This document shows, piece by piece, positions 1 to 8,853 of a stretch of DNA of 64,000 nt (positions within the stretch are counted from its first letter, which is position 1; every line of letters starts with the position of its first letter). Below the pieces are notes generated by a model. It ran no database searches and was not told the DNA's origin. It was given only the letters and a program-made list of their open reading frames with translations. Position numbers and translations under genes: made by a program. This DNA is from Verrucomicrobiia bacterium (GTDB lineage Bacteria; Verrucomicrobiota; Verrucomicrobiia; Limisphaerales; UBA11358): NCBI GenBank assembly GCA_036502245.1, contig DASXYX010000026.1, positions 8,575 to 72,574 of the forward strand, written 5' to 3'.

Positions 1-1248
1 ATGTACAGCAAAGCCGGGCACCTGGATGTCGATGCCATCGCCATTTCCCATTGCCATCACGACCACGTCGGCTCCCTGCCCGTCGCCTGTCGTCGTTTTC
101 CTCATGCGCACGTGCTGATGACTGCTTTAAGTTACTTTATCGTCGAGCGCGTCCTGCACAATTCCGTCAACGTCATGGTCCGCCAGCGCGATGAGTTGGG
201 CATTCGCGAGTACCCGCTCTATTCGCACGATGAGGTGGATGACATCACTCCGCAATTCCAGGGCTTCAAATACAAACGCGAGATCGAATGGGCTGCCTTC
301 CAGAAATCACGCGCGGGTCTGCCCTCGCCGACTCTGGAATTTTTCGACGCCGGTCATACCCTTGGCTCGGCGGGCATCCTTCTCCGTGGAAAAAAAGAAA
401 CGATGTTTTACACCGGCGACGTCTGTTTTCACGATCAGACCATCTTGAAAGCCGCGCGGTTCGACGGCGTCAAAGCCGATGTGCTGGTCATGGAGACCAC
501 CCGCGGCAATCGCGCAACACCGAAAGATTTTACACGCGAACGCGAGATCGAGCGCCTCGTCGCGGCCATTCATGACGCGCAAAAGCGCAAAGGCTGCATC
601 CTCATCCCCTCTTTCGCGCTCGGGCGCACTCAGGAGATGCTGGCCCTGCTGGTCCTCCTGATGCGCGAAGGGAAATTGAAAGAACAGCCCATCTATATTG
701 GTGGATTGGGCCGCGTGTTCACCGAGATCTATGACCTCGAAGCGCATCACACCCACCGGCAGCATGAAGACCTGCAATTGCGCGAAGCCTTGCAACTGAT
801 CGTTTTGGAAAAGGGCCAGGCCGAAAACATGAAATTGAGCGGCGGGAAAATTTTCGTCATCACCGCCGGTATGATGAGCGAAAATACGGCGGCGCACGAC
901 CTGGCCAAACGGATGATCGGCGATGAACGCCAGAGCATTTTCTTTGTGGGTTACGCCGACCCGGATTCACCGGCCGGTCGGTTGCGATCGGCCAAAGCGG
1001 GCGAGACGTTTGTGTTCAGCCCATCGGCCGGGCGCGTGGCGCGCAAGTGCGATCTGCAGGAATTTGACCTGACCGCGCACGCCAACCGTGAAGAACTCCT
1101 GGACTTTGTCGGGCAGGTCTCGCCGCGAGCCGTTCTGCTGGGGCATGGCGATGAAACCGCGCGCAATTGGTTTGAAGAACAGATCCGCGAACGCTGGCCT
1201 AAAATAAAAATAATCCAGCCGCAGCCTGGCGTTCCGGTTTCAGTGTAG
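1..1248 (+). CDS. MBL-fold / beta-CASP family hydrolase (RNase J / CPSF-like); 5' end probably cut by the window edge
   Basis: The ORF is open from base 1. It has the HxHxDH metal motif (ISHCHHDHVGS), DAGHTLGS, and C-terminal LTAHANREELLDF and LLGHGD motifs typical of beta-CASP MBL nucleases. Confidence 0.75.
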   Translation: MYSKAGHLDVDAIAISHCHHDHVGSLPVACRRFPHAHVLMTALSYFIVERVLHNSVNVMVRQRDELGIREYPLYSHDEVDDITPQFQGFKYKREIEWAAFQKSRAGLPSPTLEFFDAGHTLGSAGILLRGKKETMFYTGDVCFHDQTILKAARFDGVKADVLVMETTRGNRATPKDFTREREIERLVAAIHDAQKRKGCILIPSFALGRTQEMLALLVLLMREGKLKEQPIYIGGLGRVFTEIYDLEAHHTHRQHEDLQLREALQLIVLEKGQAENMKLSGGKIFVITAGMMSENTAAHDLAKRMIGDERQSIFFVGYADPDSPAGRLRSAKAGETFVFSPSAGRVARKCDLQEFDLTAHANREELLDFVGQVSPRAVLLGHGDETARNWFEEQIRERWPKIKIIQPQPGVPVSV

Positions 1249-1272
1249 GGTCCCCGGTCGAAGCTCGATCGA

Positions 1273-2484
1273 TTAAGATCCGCCCGAGACGATATTGCCC
1301 AGGTTGAAGATTGGCAGGTACATGCAGACCACCATGCCGCCGACGATGACACCCAGTATCACGATGAGAATCGGTTCGAGCAGCGACATCAAACCCGAGA
1401 GGGTGGTTTCAATCTCTTCATCCAGGAAGTCCGAAACGCGCTCCAGCATGGTATCGATGTTACCCGTTTGTTCGCCTGCGGTTAACATGCGGATGATCAT
1501 GCTCGGGAAAACGGGATGTTTGGAAAGCGCTTGAGATATGCCTTCACCGCGTTCGATATCGGACATAGCCTGCTTGATCGCTTTTTCCAGGACGGTATTG
1601 TCCACGGTTTGCGAAACGATTTGCAACACTTCCAGGATTGGCACACCGCTGCGGACCAGCGAAGCCAGTGTGCGGGTAAAACGCGCGAGACAGATTTTGT
1701 GCGCAATCGATCCAAAGATGGGTAACTTGATCCGTTTTTGGTCCCAGAAATCACGCCCTTTCGGCGTTTTAATAAATCGCAACCAAAGCCAGATTAAAAA
1801 CACGACGACCGGAATGATGAAAATCAGATACGAACGCAGAAAATGGCTCATGTTGATGATGGCCATGGTTGGGGCCGGCAGCTTGGCGCCGAATCCGTTA
1901 TAAACATCTTCAAAGACCGGAATAACTTTGATCAAAAGGAAAACAGTGATACCGATGGCCACGACGATGACCCCGATCGGATACATCATCGCGGATTTGA
2001 CCTTCTTGCGGATTTTTTCGGTATTTTCCAGGTAGGTCGCCAGGCGCGCCAGAATTTCTGCCAACAGACCGCCTTTTTCACCCGCGCCCACCATGGAGAT
2101 GTACAACCGGTTGAAAGCTTTGGGATGCTTTTGTAATGCTTCGGAAAAACTTTCACCGCTTTCTACGCGCGTGCAGACATCCTTCACCGTGTCGCGCATG
2201 ACCTTGTTCGGTGATTGCTCGCCGAGGGCCTGTAGCGATTGCACGATTGCGATACCCGCATCGACCATCGTGGCCAATTGTCGCGTAAAAATGACGAGGT
2301 CGGCCAGCCGCACTCTGCCGCCCTTGGTCTTGCCCTTCTTGCCGATGCGCTCCTGGATGGACAGCACCAGCAAATTGCGATTCAACAACGCCGCGATGGC
2401 GGCCTGTTCACTCGCGGCATCGATCGCATTCCGGATTTCCCGTCCGGTCGCTGTTTCGCGCGCTGTATAAGTAAATGATGGCAT
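1273..2484 (-). CDS. type II secretion / type IV pilus platform protein (GspF/PilC family)
   Basis: Polytopic membrane protein with a duplicated GspF-type cytoplasmic domain (for example FTRQLATMVDAGIAIVQSL and FTRTLASLVRSGVPILEVL). I placed the start at ATG 2484 (MPSFTYTA). No secretion ATPase gene is adjacent. Confidence 0.85.
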   Translation of the reverse strand: MPSFTYTARETATGREIRNAIDAASEQAAIAALLNRNLLVLSIQERIGKKGKTKGGRVRLADLVIFTRQLATMVDAGIAIVQSLQALGEQSPNKVMRDTVKDVCTRVESGESFSEALQKHPKAFNRLYISMVGAGEKGGLLAEILARLATYLENTEKIRKKVKSAMMYPIGVIVVAIGITVFLLIKVIPVFEDVYNGFGAKLPAPTMAIINMSHFLRSYLIFIIPVVVFLIWLWLRFIKTPKGRDFWDQKRIKLPIFGSIAHKICLARFTRTLASLVRSGVPILEVLQIVSQTVDNTVLEKAIKQAMSDIERGEGISQALSKHPVFPSMIIRMLTAGEQTGNIDTMLERVSDFLDEEIETTLSGLMSLLEPILIVILGVIVGGMVVCMYLPIFNLGNIVSGGS

Positions 2485-3041
2485 TCCCTTCGGCTCAGAT
2501 GATAGAAAGAATCGCGCCAAAATAGCAAGAATTTTCCCACACCGAGGCTCCCAGCACAAAGAATACCCGAGTACATCTTTAATCGCAACGCAGTGAAGAT
2601 GAATTTTTTGTCATGTAATATTATTTGATTCCCATGCTCGTCCTTATAGCCTTCTCCTTCCCTTATTGACTCATAACTGGCCATCCATGATTAGGATTGG
2701 GTCATTGATAACATCCCGCACGACACCTTTTTAGCGATTTGTCATATTTGGATTCCTGGCCTTCCTGATGCCGGAATTTATGAAAAAACCATGTAAAATC
2801 TATATGATTGAACCATCTTGAAACGGGCCTGGAACGGTTAAATATTCATAACATGCTTACTGTTAACATATTATATGTATTTCATTTATCAAAAAAAAGT
2901 ATTGTCAAAAGGCGGGGTTTTTTCTAATTTCATCTCAATTGCACCACATGGTGCCGGGGCGAACAGGATTTGCCTCGCAGTGCGCAAGCGCTGACACATA
3001 AACAAACAAACATAACCAAAAAACAACATCGGAGGAACCAG

Positions 3042-4259
3042 ATGAAGTTTAATAAATGGACAGTAGGTCTAGCGGCTATCGGAGTGGTGAGTCTCGCTTC
3101 GGCAGCCCGCGCGGACGAAAAAATGAGCCAGGTGCAAACCGCGCTCTCAAACACAACCATCAGCGGCTACGTTGACACCGCTGCTCAATGGAATCCGGGA
3201 ACGGATAACATTGCAAGAACTGGAGGTCCGTACCTTCCCGCCTATGCCTTCGCGAAAGACGACGGCTTTAGCTTGAATGCCATTGATATTGCTATCGACC
3301 ACCCTGAAGACGAAAGCCCATGGGCGGCTGGTTATCACGTCGAATTGATGGGTGGAGCGGATGCAGTGCCGGGAATCGGCTTGGATTCAGATGGCGATAC
3401 GGCCGGTATAGGTGGTGTCAGCATTCGTCAAGCATATTTGACTTTGCGTACGCCTGTCGGCAATAGCGGCATTGACTGGAAAGTCGGCGTGTTTGACACC
3501 ATTATCGGCTACGAATCCAGCAGCGATCCGGCCAATCCGAACTATACCCGTTCTTACGGTTATACCATCGAACCGACCACCCACACCGGTGTGTTGGGAA
3601 CTTACAAAGTCAACGACAACATCAGCGTTCAAGCTGGCATAGCGGATAGCTCCAATGTTGGTACTTCTCCTTCCGCCATCAATGGTACTGCTGCCTATGA
3701 AAGTCAAAAGACCTACATGGGCGGGGTTGCTTTGACGGCTCCCAGTTCCTGGGGTTGGTTGAACGGTGCCACACTCAATGGCGGAGTTATTAATTCCGTC
3801 GATTCACATTCCCATTTTGGGACTGGCCGTGGCACAAAAACCAGCTTGTATGCCGGAGCTACCGTTCCGACACCGATCACTGCTTTGAAAGCCGGAGCAT
3901 CCTTCGATTATCTTGATCTGCATACCGGCGGCGGCGAAGCCTATGTGCTTGGCCTTTACGGCAGCTATCAGCTCAATGACAAAACCTCCGTCAATCTGCG
4001 TGGTGAATATGGAGATACAGATGCTTCCAGCGTTTTGGCTTATAGCACCGCTGGATCTCATTCGGCCTTTCCTCGCAATCAATTTGAGGAAATCACCGGC
4101 ACCCTGCAGTACAACCTGTGGGCGAATGTGTTGAGCCGCTTGGAAGTCCGCTGGGATCACGTTGCCCACGGAACGCCTTTCGGCGACAGCAACTCTTCGG
4201 GCGGCGACGTCAAGAACAACGACTTCTTGATCGCGCTTAACTTGATCTATCAGTTCTAA
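3042..4259 (+). CDS. putative outer-membrane beta-barrel porin
   Basis: GGAGG at 3031-3035 precedes ATG 3042. Signal peptide MKFNKWTVGLAAIGVVSLASAARA. The composition is G/S/T/N/Y-rich with an alternating pattern, and the C-terminus LNLIYQF ends in Phe as in OM barrels. Confidence 0.6.
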   Translation: MKFNKWTVGLAAIGVVSLASAARADEKMSQVQTALSNTTISGYVDTAAQWNPGTDNIARTGGPYLPAYAFAKDDGFSLNAIDIAIDHPEDESPWAAGYHVELMGGADAVPGIGLDSDGDTAGIGGVSIRQAYLTLRTPVGNSGIDWKVGVFDTIIGYESSSDPANPNYTRSYGYTIEPTTHTGVLGTYKVNDNISVQAGIADSSNVGTSPSAINGTAAYESQKTYMGGVALTAPSSWGWLNGATLNGGVINSVDSHSHFGTGRGTKTSLYAGATVPTPITALKAGASFDYLDLHTGGGEAYVLGLYGSYQLNDKTSVNLRGEYGDTDASSVLAYSTAGSHSAFPRNQFEEITGTLQYNLWANVLSRLEVRWDHVAHGTPFGDSNSSGGDVKNNDFLIALNLIYQF

Positions 4260-4277
4260 TCTAATTAGAACCTCAAA

Positions 4278-4307
4278 CCCCTTCTGCGAAAGCAGAAGGG
4301 GTTTTTT
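4278..4307 (+). terminator. rho-independent terminator after the porin gene
   Basis: Stem CCCCTTCTGC (4278-4287) pairs with GCAGAAGGGG (4292-4301) around a GAAA loop, followed by T6 (4302-4307). Confidence 0.75.
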
Positions 4308-4380
4308 ATTATTTTTAATCGTCGGAACGGGGCCTCGCCCTGGTACGAAAGGAGCCGGTCACATTGGCTTATTTTAAAAC

Positions 4381-4480
4381 GAAAGCGGCAGAGGGCTGCC
4401 GCAGTCCAGGACGCAAGCGATGGCGAAGGCCAAACCAAATTTTGCGCCAGCTTTTGGACTGCGCCAGCCCTCTGGCGCTT
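4381..4480 (+). repeat. REP-like 100-bp element, left copy
   Basis: Contains three short hairpins: CGGCAG-AGGG-CTGCCG (4385-4400), TGGC-GAAG-GCCA (4420-4431) and GCGCCAG-CCCT-CTGGCGC (4460-4477). Confidence 0.85.
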
Positions 4481-4526
4481 TCACAACCGGCTGGACTGTG
4501 ATTATCAATTTCTTCAGTCTATCCCT

Positions 4527-5096
4527 ATGCCAGAAATTCAGACACCCTGGCCGCATGCGCCGCCACATCAACTTTTGAAAACCGGCACATTTTTCGTTAC
4601 AGTCAGCACCTATCTCAAATCACATCATTTCTGTGGAGCGGATCGTTTGGGCGTTCTGCATCGCGGTTTGCTAACTGTTGCTCGAGATTTCGATTGGCAA
4701 TTAGAGGCCTGGGCCGTTTTTTCGAATCATTATCATTTTATTGCTCATTCGCCTTCCAATACAAACGACGCAACAACGCTGCCGGATATGCTAAGCATAC
4801 TTCATGTTAAGATGGCTGGCTGGATTAATAAATTGGACCACACACCACAACGTCAGGTGTGGTTCAATTTTCGTGAAACACGGCTGACACATCAAAAATC
4901 CTATTTAGCTCGCTTGAATTATGTTCACCAAAATCCCGTTAAACATGGATTGGTGCCGATGGCCAATCAATATCCGTGGTGTTCAGCACGTTGGTTTGAG
5001 CGTTCGGCTTCACCGGCCATGATTAAATCCATTTACCGGTTTAAGACAGACCGATTGCAGATTTTGGATGACTTTGAGCCATCGGACGAATGGTAA
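4527..5096 (+). CDS. REP-associated tyrosine transposase (RAYT, IS200/Y1_Tnp-like)
   Basis: HUH motif in SNHYHFIAH and a catalytic-Tyr region LNYVHQNPVKHGL. The size (189 aa) and flanking REP-like repeats fit the RAYT family. Confidence 0.75.
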   Translation: MPEIQTPWPHAPPHQLLKTGTFFVTVSTYLKSHHFCGADRLGVLHRGLLTVARDFDWQLEAWAVFSNHYHFIAHSPSNTNDATTLPDMLSILHVKMAGWINKLDHTPQRQVWFNFRETRLTHQKSYLARLNYVHQNPVKHGLVPMANQYPWCSARWFERSASPAMIKSIYRFKTDRLQILDDFEPSDEW

Positions 5097-5106
5097 ATTA
5101 GAAGCA

Positions 5107-5206
5107 AAAGCGGCAGAGGACTGCCGCAGTCCAGGACGCAAGCGATGGCGAAGGCCAAACCAAATTTTGCGCCAGCTTTTGGACTGCGCCAGCCCTCTGG
5201 CGCTTT
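5107..5206 (+). repeat. REP-like 100-bp element, right copy
   Basis: Direct repeat of 4381-4480, 99/100 identical. Confidence 0.85.
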
Positions 5207-5364
5207 GCTTTGGAACCGTTAGATGCCCACTTCCATATAAGGATCACCTTCCATGCACAATCCTACGACTTTCCTTTTGCGATTTCTCCTCCATGCTCTA
5301 TGCTTTGACCTTGCGCCGAATGTCGAAGAAATCATCAATCATCAATCATCAATCGTAAATCCGA

Positions 5365-6249
5365 ATGCATTTTATTCGCGACATCTACGCCGCTAAAGCC
5401 TCAGCCAGACAACCGGTCATTTCCTTTGAATTTTTTCCTCCAAAAACGGAGGACGGCGTGCGAAATCTGTTGGATAAGCATATCCCCGCGCTTCTGGAAG
5501 GACGCCCGGATTATTGTTCCGTTACCTACGGAGCCGGCGGCAGCACGCGCGATAAAACGCTGGCCATCGTCGATGCCATCCAACGCCAGCATAACCTCAC
5601 TGCGCTCGCGCACCTCACCTGCACCGGACATACCCGGGATGAGGTCCAGGATGTGCTCGACAAGATCCGCGCCCTGGGTTGCAAAAACATTCTGGCGTTG
5701 CGCGGCGATCCGCCCGGTGGAGGCGACTTCCACAAAACCCCGGGTGGTTTTGAATATGCATCACAGTTGGTCAAATTTATCCGTGAACAAAACGGCTTTT
5801 CCGTCGGCGTTGCTGGTTTTCCCGAAGGGCACATCGCCAACAAAAATGGCAAGCACGACGATTGGAACCATCTGAAAGAGAAAGTAGATGCGGGCGCGGA
5901 CTATGTTCTCACCCAACTCTTCTTTGATAACGCCGATTTTTTTGAGCTCCGTGATTATCTGACGGGCCTGGGCGTTCGTGTGCCCATTGTTCCGGGAATC
6001 GTTGCTATATTGAGTGCGACCCAGATCACAAAATTCACGCAATTATGCGGTGCAAAAATTCCGCCAACCCTTCGGCAAAAATTGGATGCATTGGGCGACA
6101 ATGATGAAGCTGCCGCAGAATTTGGCATCGAGTATGCCACGCAACAATGTAAAGACCTCCTGCGCGCCGGCGTGCCAGGGCTTCATTTCTACACCTTGAA
6201 CAAATCCCGTTCGACGGTGCAGGTCCTCAAAAACCTCGAACTGGCTTAG
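5365..6249 (+). CDS. metF: methylenetetrahydrofolate reductase
   Basis: N-terminal ISFEFFPPKT, AHLTC, ILALRGDPP and FYTLN motifs are characteristic of MetF. Length is 294 aa. Confidence 0.9.
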   Translation: MHFIRDIYAAKASARQPVISFEFFPPKTEDGVRNLLDKHIPALLEGRPDYCSVTYGAGGSTRDKTLAIVDAIQRQHNLTALAHLTCTGHTRDEVQDVLDKIRALGCKNILALRGDPPGGGDFHKTPGGFEYASQLVKFIREQNGFSVGVAGFPEGHIANKNGKHDDWNHLKEKVDAGADYVLTQLFFDNADFFELRDYLTGLGVRVPIVPGIVAILSATQITKFTQLCGAKIPPTLRQKLDALGDNDEAAAEFGIEYATQQCKDLLRAGVPGLHFYTLNKSRSTVQVLKNLELA

Positions 6250-6289
6250 ATTTATTTGGTGAGGCCTGCGGTCAGGATGCGGCGAGCAT

Positions 6290-6350
6290 TGGCGAAGGCC
6301 AAATCGAATTTTGCGCCAGCTTTTGGAGTGCGCCAGCCCTCTGGCGCTTT
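6290..6350 (+). repeat. diverged partial copy of the REP-like element
   Basis: TGGCGAAGGCCAAATCGAATTTTGCGCCAGCTTTTGGAGTGCGCCAGCCCTCTGGCGCTTT matches the 3' 61 nt of the 100-bp element with 3 mismatches. Confidence 0.8.
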
Positions 6351-6387
6351 GAGTTTAAACATGGCGCACTTTCCCCGTATCAATAGA

Positions 6388-7344
6388 TTAAAACAAATTA
6401 TTCGCCATGATGCCTAGCACGCTAAGCGGTCCCTGGTCTTCCAGGCCATCGGCGGCGTTGTCCAGTTTTTGCAAAGACAACTTCGCGTTCTTATAAAACT
6501 CCTGGTCGTTGACCAGCTTGCCCACGGTGCCCTGGCCGCCGTTGATCTTTAACAGGATCTGGTCCAGATTCGTCATCGAAGCTGTGGTGGAATTATACAA
6601 CGCATCGTCGGTTATCAATTTGCCGATGGTTCCCTGCCCATTCGTGATACCGCTGATGACGCCACGCGCCTGCCCCACCGCAAGTTGCAGGTTTGTCACG
6701 GTATCCATCGCCGAATTGTAAAGCGATTGGTCATAGATCAATTTTCCGACCGTGCCCTGCCCGCTGGCGATCTGGGCCGTGATGTTTTCAATGTTGGTGA
6801 TGGAACCGCTAAGATTCCCGCTGTTCTGTTTCACAAAATCCATCAACGGCCCGATCAAGTCCTGAATTTTTTGGCCGCTGAAACTGTGGCCAAAATTTTC
6901 AATCCCCGTGGCGGCATCGTTCAACTTGGCCATGACGGCATTCAAATCCGGCTGCTCCACCGATTGAAGCACAGTGCCGTTCTCGGCGAAGGGCGCGCCC
7001 GGGGTCCCAAAATCGATCGCAACAAAGTTTTGACCCATGAGCCCGGTGAATTTGATTGTCGTCACGCTGTCCGTCTTGATCTGGACGCCATTATGGATCT
7101 TGAGCGTCACCCGGACTTTGTTATTCGTGCTTTCCAGGGCGATATTCTCGACCTTTCCGATTTCCACGCCGGCCATCTTCGCGCTATCACCTACTTTTAA
7201 GTCCTGCACCGTGTCGAACAACGCGCTGACCCGGTAGCCGCCCTGGAACACCTCAAGCCCGCCGACCGTTTCGACGATGAAATAGGCGGCGACGATGACG
7301 ATAACCACAAAAACGCCAAGTCTGGTTTCGAGTGAATTTTTCAT
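6388..7344 (-). CDS. mlaD: MlaD/MCE-domain periplasmic component of an Mla-type ABC lipid transporter
   Basis: N-terminal TM anchor, then an MCE fold region (VSALFDTVQDLKVGDSAKMAGVEIGKV). The C-terminus has three repeats of about 36 aa built on GQGT[VI]GKL[IV].D..[LF]Y. The gene sits in an operon with mlaE and mlaF. Confidence 0.8.
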   Translation of the reverse strand: MKNSLETRLGVFVVIVIVAAYFIVETVGGLEVFQGGYRVSALFDTVQDLKVGDSAKMAGVEIGKVENIALESTNNKVRVTLKIHNGVQIKTDSVTTIKFTGLMGQNFVAIDFGTPGAPFAENGTVLQSVEQPDLNAVMAKLNDAATGIENFGHSFSGQKIQDLIGPLMDFVKQNSGNLSGSITNIENITAQIASGQGTVGKLIYDQSLYNSAMDTVTNLQLAVGQARGVISGITNGQGTIGKLITDDALYNSTTASMTNLDQILLKINGGQGTVGKLVNDQEFYKNAKLSLQKLDNAADGLEDQGPLSVLGIMANNLF

Positions 7345-7348
7345 AAGC

Positions 7349-8110
7349 TCATTTCTTTTGATGTTTAAAATCCGCGTTCAGAAATTTTTGGACCAGCGGA
7401 TCATTGAAATTCTTGATCTCCTCCGGCGTCCCGATCTTCAAAATTTGGCCTTCGACGATCACTGCAATGCGATTGGCGATGCCGAACGCCAGGTCGCGGT
7501 CGTGCGAAACCACCAGGGAGGTGACCCCGGTCCGCTCCTGTAATTTCAGGATCTCCTCGCCGATGATGACCGATGAAATGGGATCCAATTCACTGGTCGG
7601 TTCATCATAAAGGATCAGCTGTGGTTCAATCACCAGTGCCCGGGCGATGGCCACGCGCTTTTTCATGCCGCCGGAAAGCTCGCTGGGCATTTTTTTAATA
7701 ACGTCCGTCAATCCGACGTCTTGCAGCTTTTCAGCAACGATTTTTTCGATCTCTTCCGGTTGTTTGAGCCGATGCTCGGTTAAATAAAGCCCCACATTCT
7801 CGCCCACCGTAAGCGAATTTAACAGCGCGCCTGACTGAAAGACCAGTGCCGTACGATATTTGGACGCGATTTCATCCGGCTGGATTTCTTCCCCATTGAT
7901 GGCGATTTCTCCGGCGTCAGGCATCTCCAACCCGATCAAATGCTTCAGCAAAACGCTCTTGCCGCTGCCGCTGGGGCCCATAATGACAAAGATTTCCCCG
8001 GGCTGTACTTCAAAATCGATGCCCTTGAGCACTTCCTGCCCCTCAAAGCTCTTGCACAGCCCGCGCACTCGCAGGCTCACTCCTGAAGATTGGTTGGCTC
8101 CGTTGTTCAT
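7349..8110 (-). CDS. mlaF: ABC transporter ATP-binding protein (MlaF-like)
   Basis: Walker A GPSGSGKS, signature LSGGMKKR and Walker B LILYDEP. The 4-nt overlap with mlaE suggests coupling. Confidence 0.85.
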   Translation of the reverse strand: MNNGANQSSGVSLRVRGLCKSFEGQEVLKGIDFEVQPGEIFVIMGPSGSGKSVLLKHLIGLEMPDAGEIAINGEEIQPDEIASKYRTALVFQSGALLNSLTVGENVGLYLTEHRLKQPEEIEKIVAEKLQDVGLTDVIKKMPSELSGGMKKRVAIARALVIEPQLILYDEPTSELDPISSVIIGEEILKLQERTGVTSLVVSHDRDLAFGIANRIAVIVEGQILKIGTPEEIKNFNDPLVQKFLNADFKHQKK

Positions 8111-8844
8111 TTCAAAAGGATTCTCGTCAGGATATAGTCAAAAATCACGATCAATACGATGGAATTGACGACTGCTTTTGTCACGGACCGTCCGATCCCG
8201 CGCGGGCCGCCGATCGTCACCAGTCCCTGGTGGCAACTGACCACGCCAATGATGAGTGCAAAACAAAAACTCTTGAAAACGCCGTTCGCCACATCCTTGA
8301 CTTGCACCACATTTCGCAGGTCGGCAAAAAATCCCTGGTAGGAGATGTCGATATGACTGTTGACTGCCGCCACCACCGCTCCGCCAAACCATCCGACCAG
8401 GATCGAGACGATTACCAGCATTGGCAGGGCAATGGCCAGGGCCACTATCCGCGGTAGCACGAGATAGTGGATCGGGTTGATATTCATCGTCCGCAATGCG
8501 TCGATCTCCTGGTACACGCGCATCGAGCCGATTTCTGCCGCCATCGCCGAACCAATGCGCCCCGCGATCAGGATGGCCATCATGATGGGGCCAAGCTCGC
8601 GCGCGTGAGCGTACCCCACGATCCCGCCGAGGTAACCGCTCAGGCCCTTGTCCGCCATGAACGGGCCGATTTGCAACGCCAGCACCCCGCCCAGAAAAAA
8701 TGAAAGGATGCAGACCATCAACAGGCTCGCGTTGCCGATCTCGAAAAACTGGTCGAAAATCTTGTAACGCTGCCGCCACGCCAGCGGCAACGCCAGGAGC
8801 GTGCGCCAGAACAGCAACACCATTTCACCGATATTTTCAAACAT
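8107..8844 (-). CDS. mlaE: ABC transporter permease (MlaE-like)
   Basis: Polytopic 245-aa permease with an MlaE-like pattern (RELGPIMMAILIAGRIGSAMAAEIGSMRVYQEIDAL). Confidence 0.85.
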   Translation of the reverse strand: MFENIGEMVLLFWRTLLALPLAWRQRYKIFDQFFEIGNASLLMVCILSFFLGGVLALQIGPFMADKGLSGYLGGIVGYAHARELGPIMMAILIAGRIGSAMAAEIGSMRVYQEIDALRTMNINPIHYLVLPRIVALAIALPMLVIVSILVGWFGGAVVAAVNSHIDISYQGFFADLRNVVQVKDVANGVFKSFCFALIIGVVSCHQGLVTIGGPRGIGRSVTKAVVNSIVLIVIFDYILTRILLK

Positions 8845-8853
8845 AATTCAAAT

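Larger units (their letters stand above)
4381..5206 (+). mobile_element. RAYT unit: Y1 (IS200-like) transposase gene bracketed by two direct 100-bp REP-like repeats
   Basis: Segments 4381-4480 and 5107-5206 are identical at 99 of 100 positions (the single difference is 4394 G versus 5120 A) and enclose the transposase ORF. Confidence 0.7.

Noticed and set aside
2941-2985. Sigma-54 type promoter (TGGCAC-N5-TTGC) near the porin-upstream palindrome
   Set aside because: TGGTGC is present, but the nearest TTGC is about 20 nt away, so the spacing does not fit.
4374-4571. 65-aa ORF, and its counterpart 5068-5358 (96 aa), across the REP-like repeats
   Set aside because: Both are translations of the 100-bp repeat copies. 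The peptides GSPLPL and CASPLAL derive from the hairpins, so these are repeat artefacts rather than genes.
5331-5351. Heptamer ATCATCA repeated three times just upstream of the metF start
   Set aside because: It is very short, has no second occurrence in the window and matches no known regulatory motif. I could not find a riboswitch-like structure in 5210-5364.
8138-8779. 213-aa ORF in an alternative frame within mlaE on the same strand
   Set aside because: It is an Arg/Gly/Pro-rich shifted frame of a clear permease gene. There is no evidence for overlapping coding.
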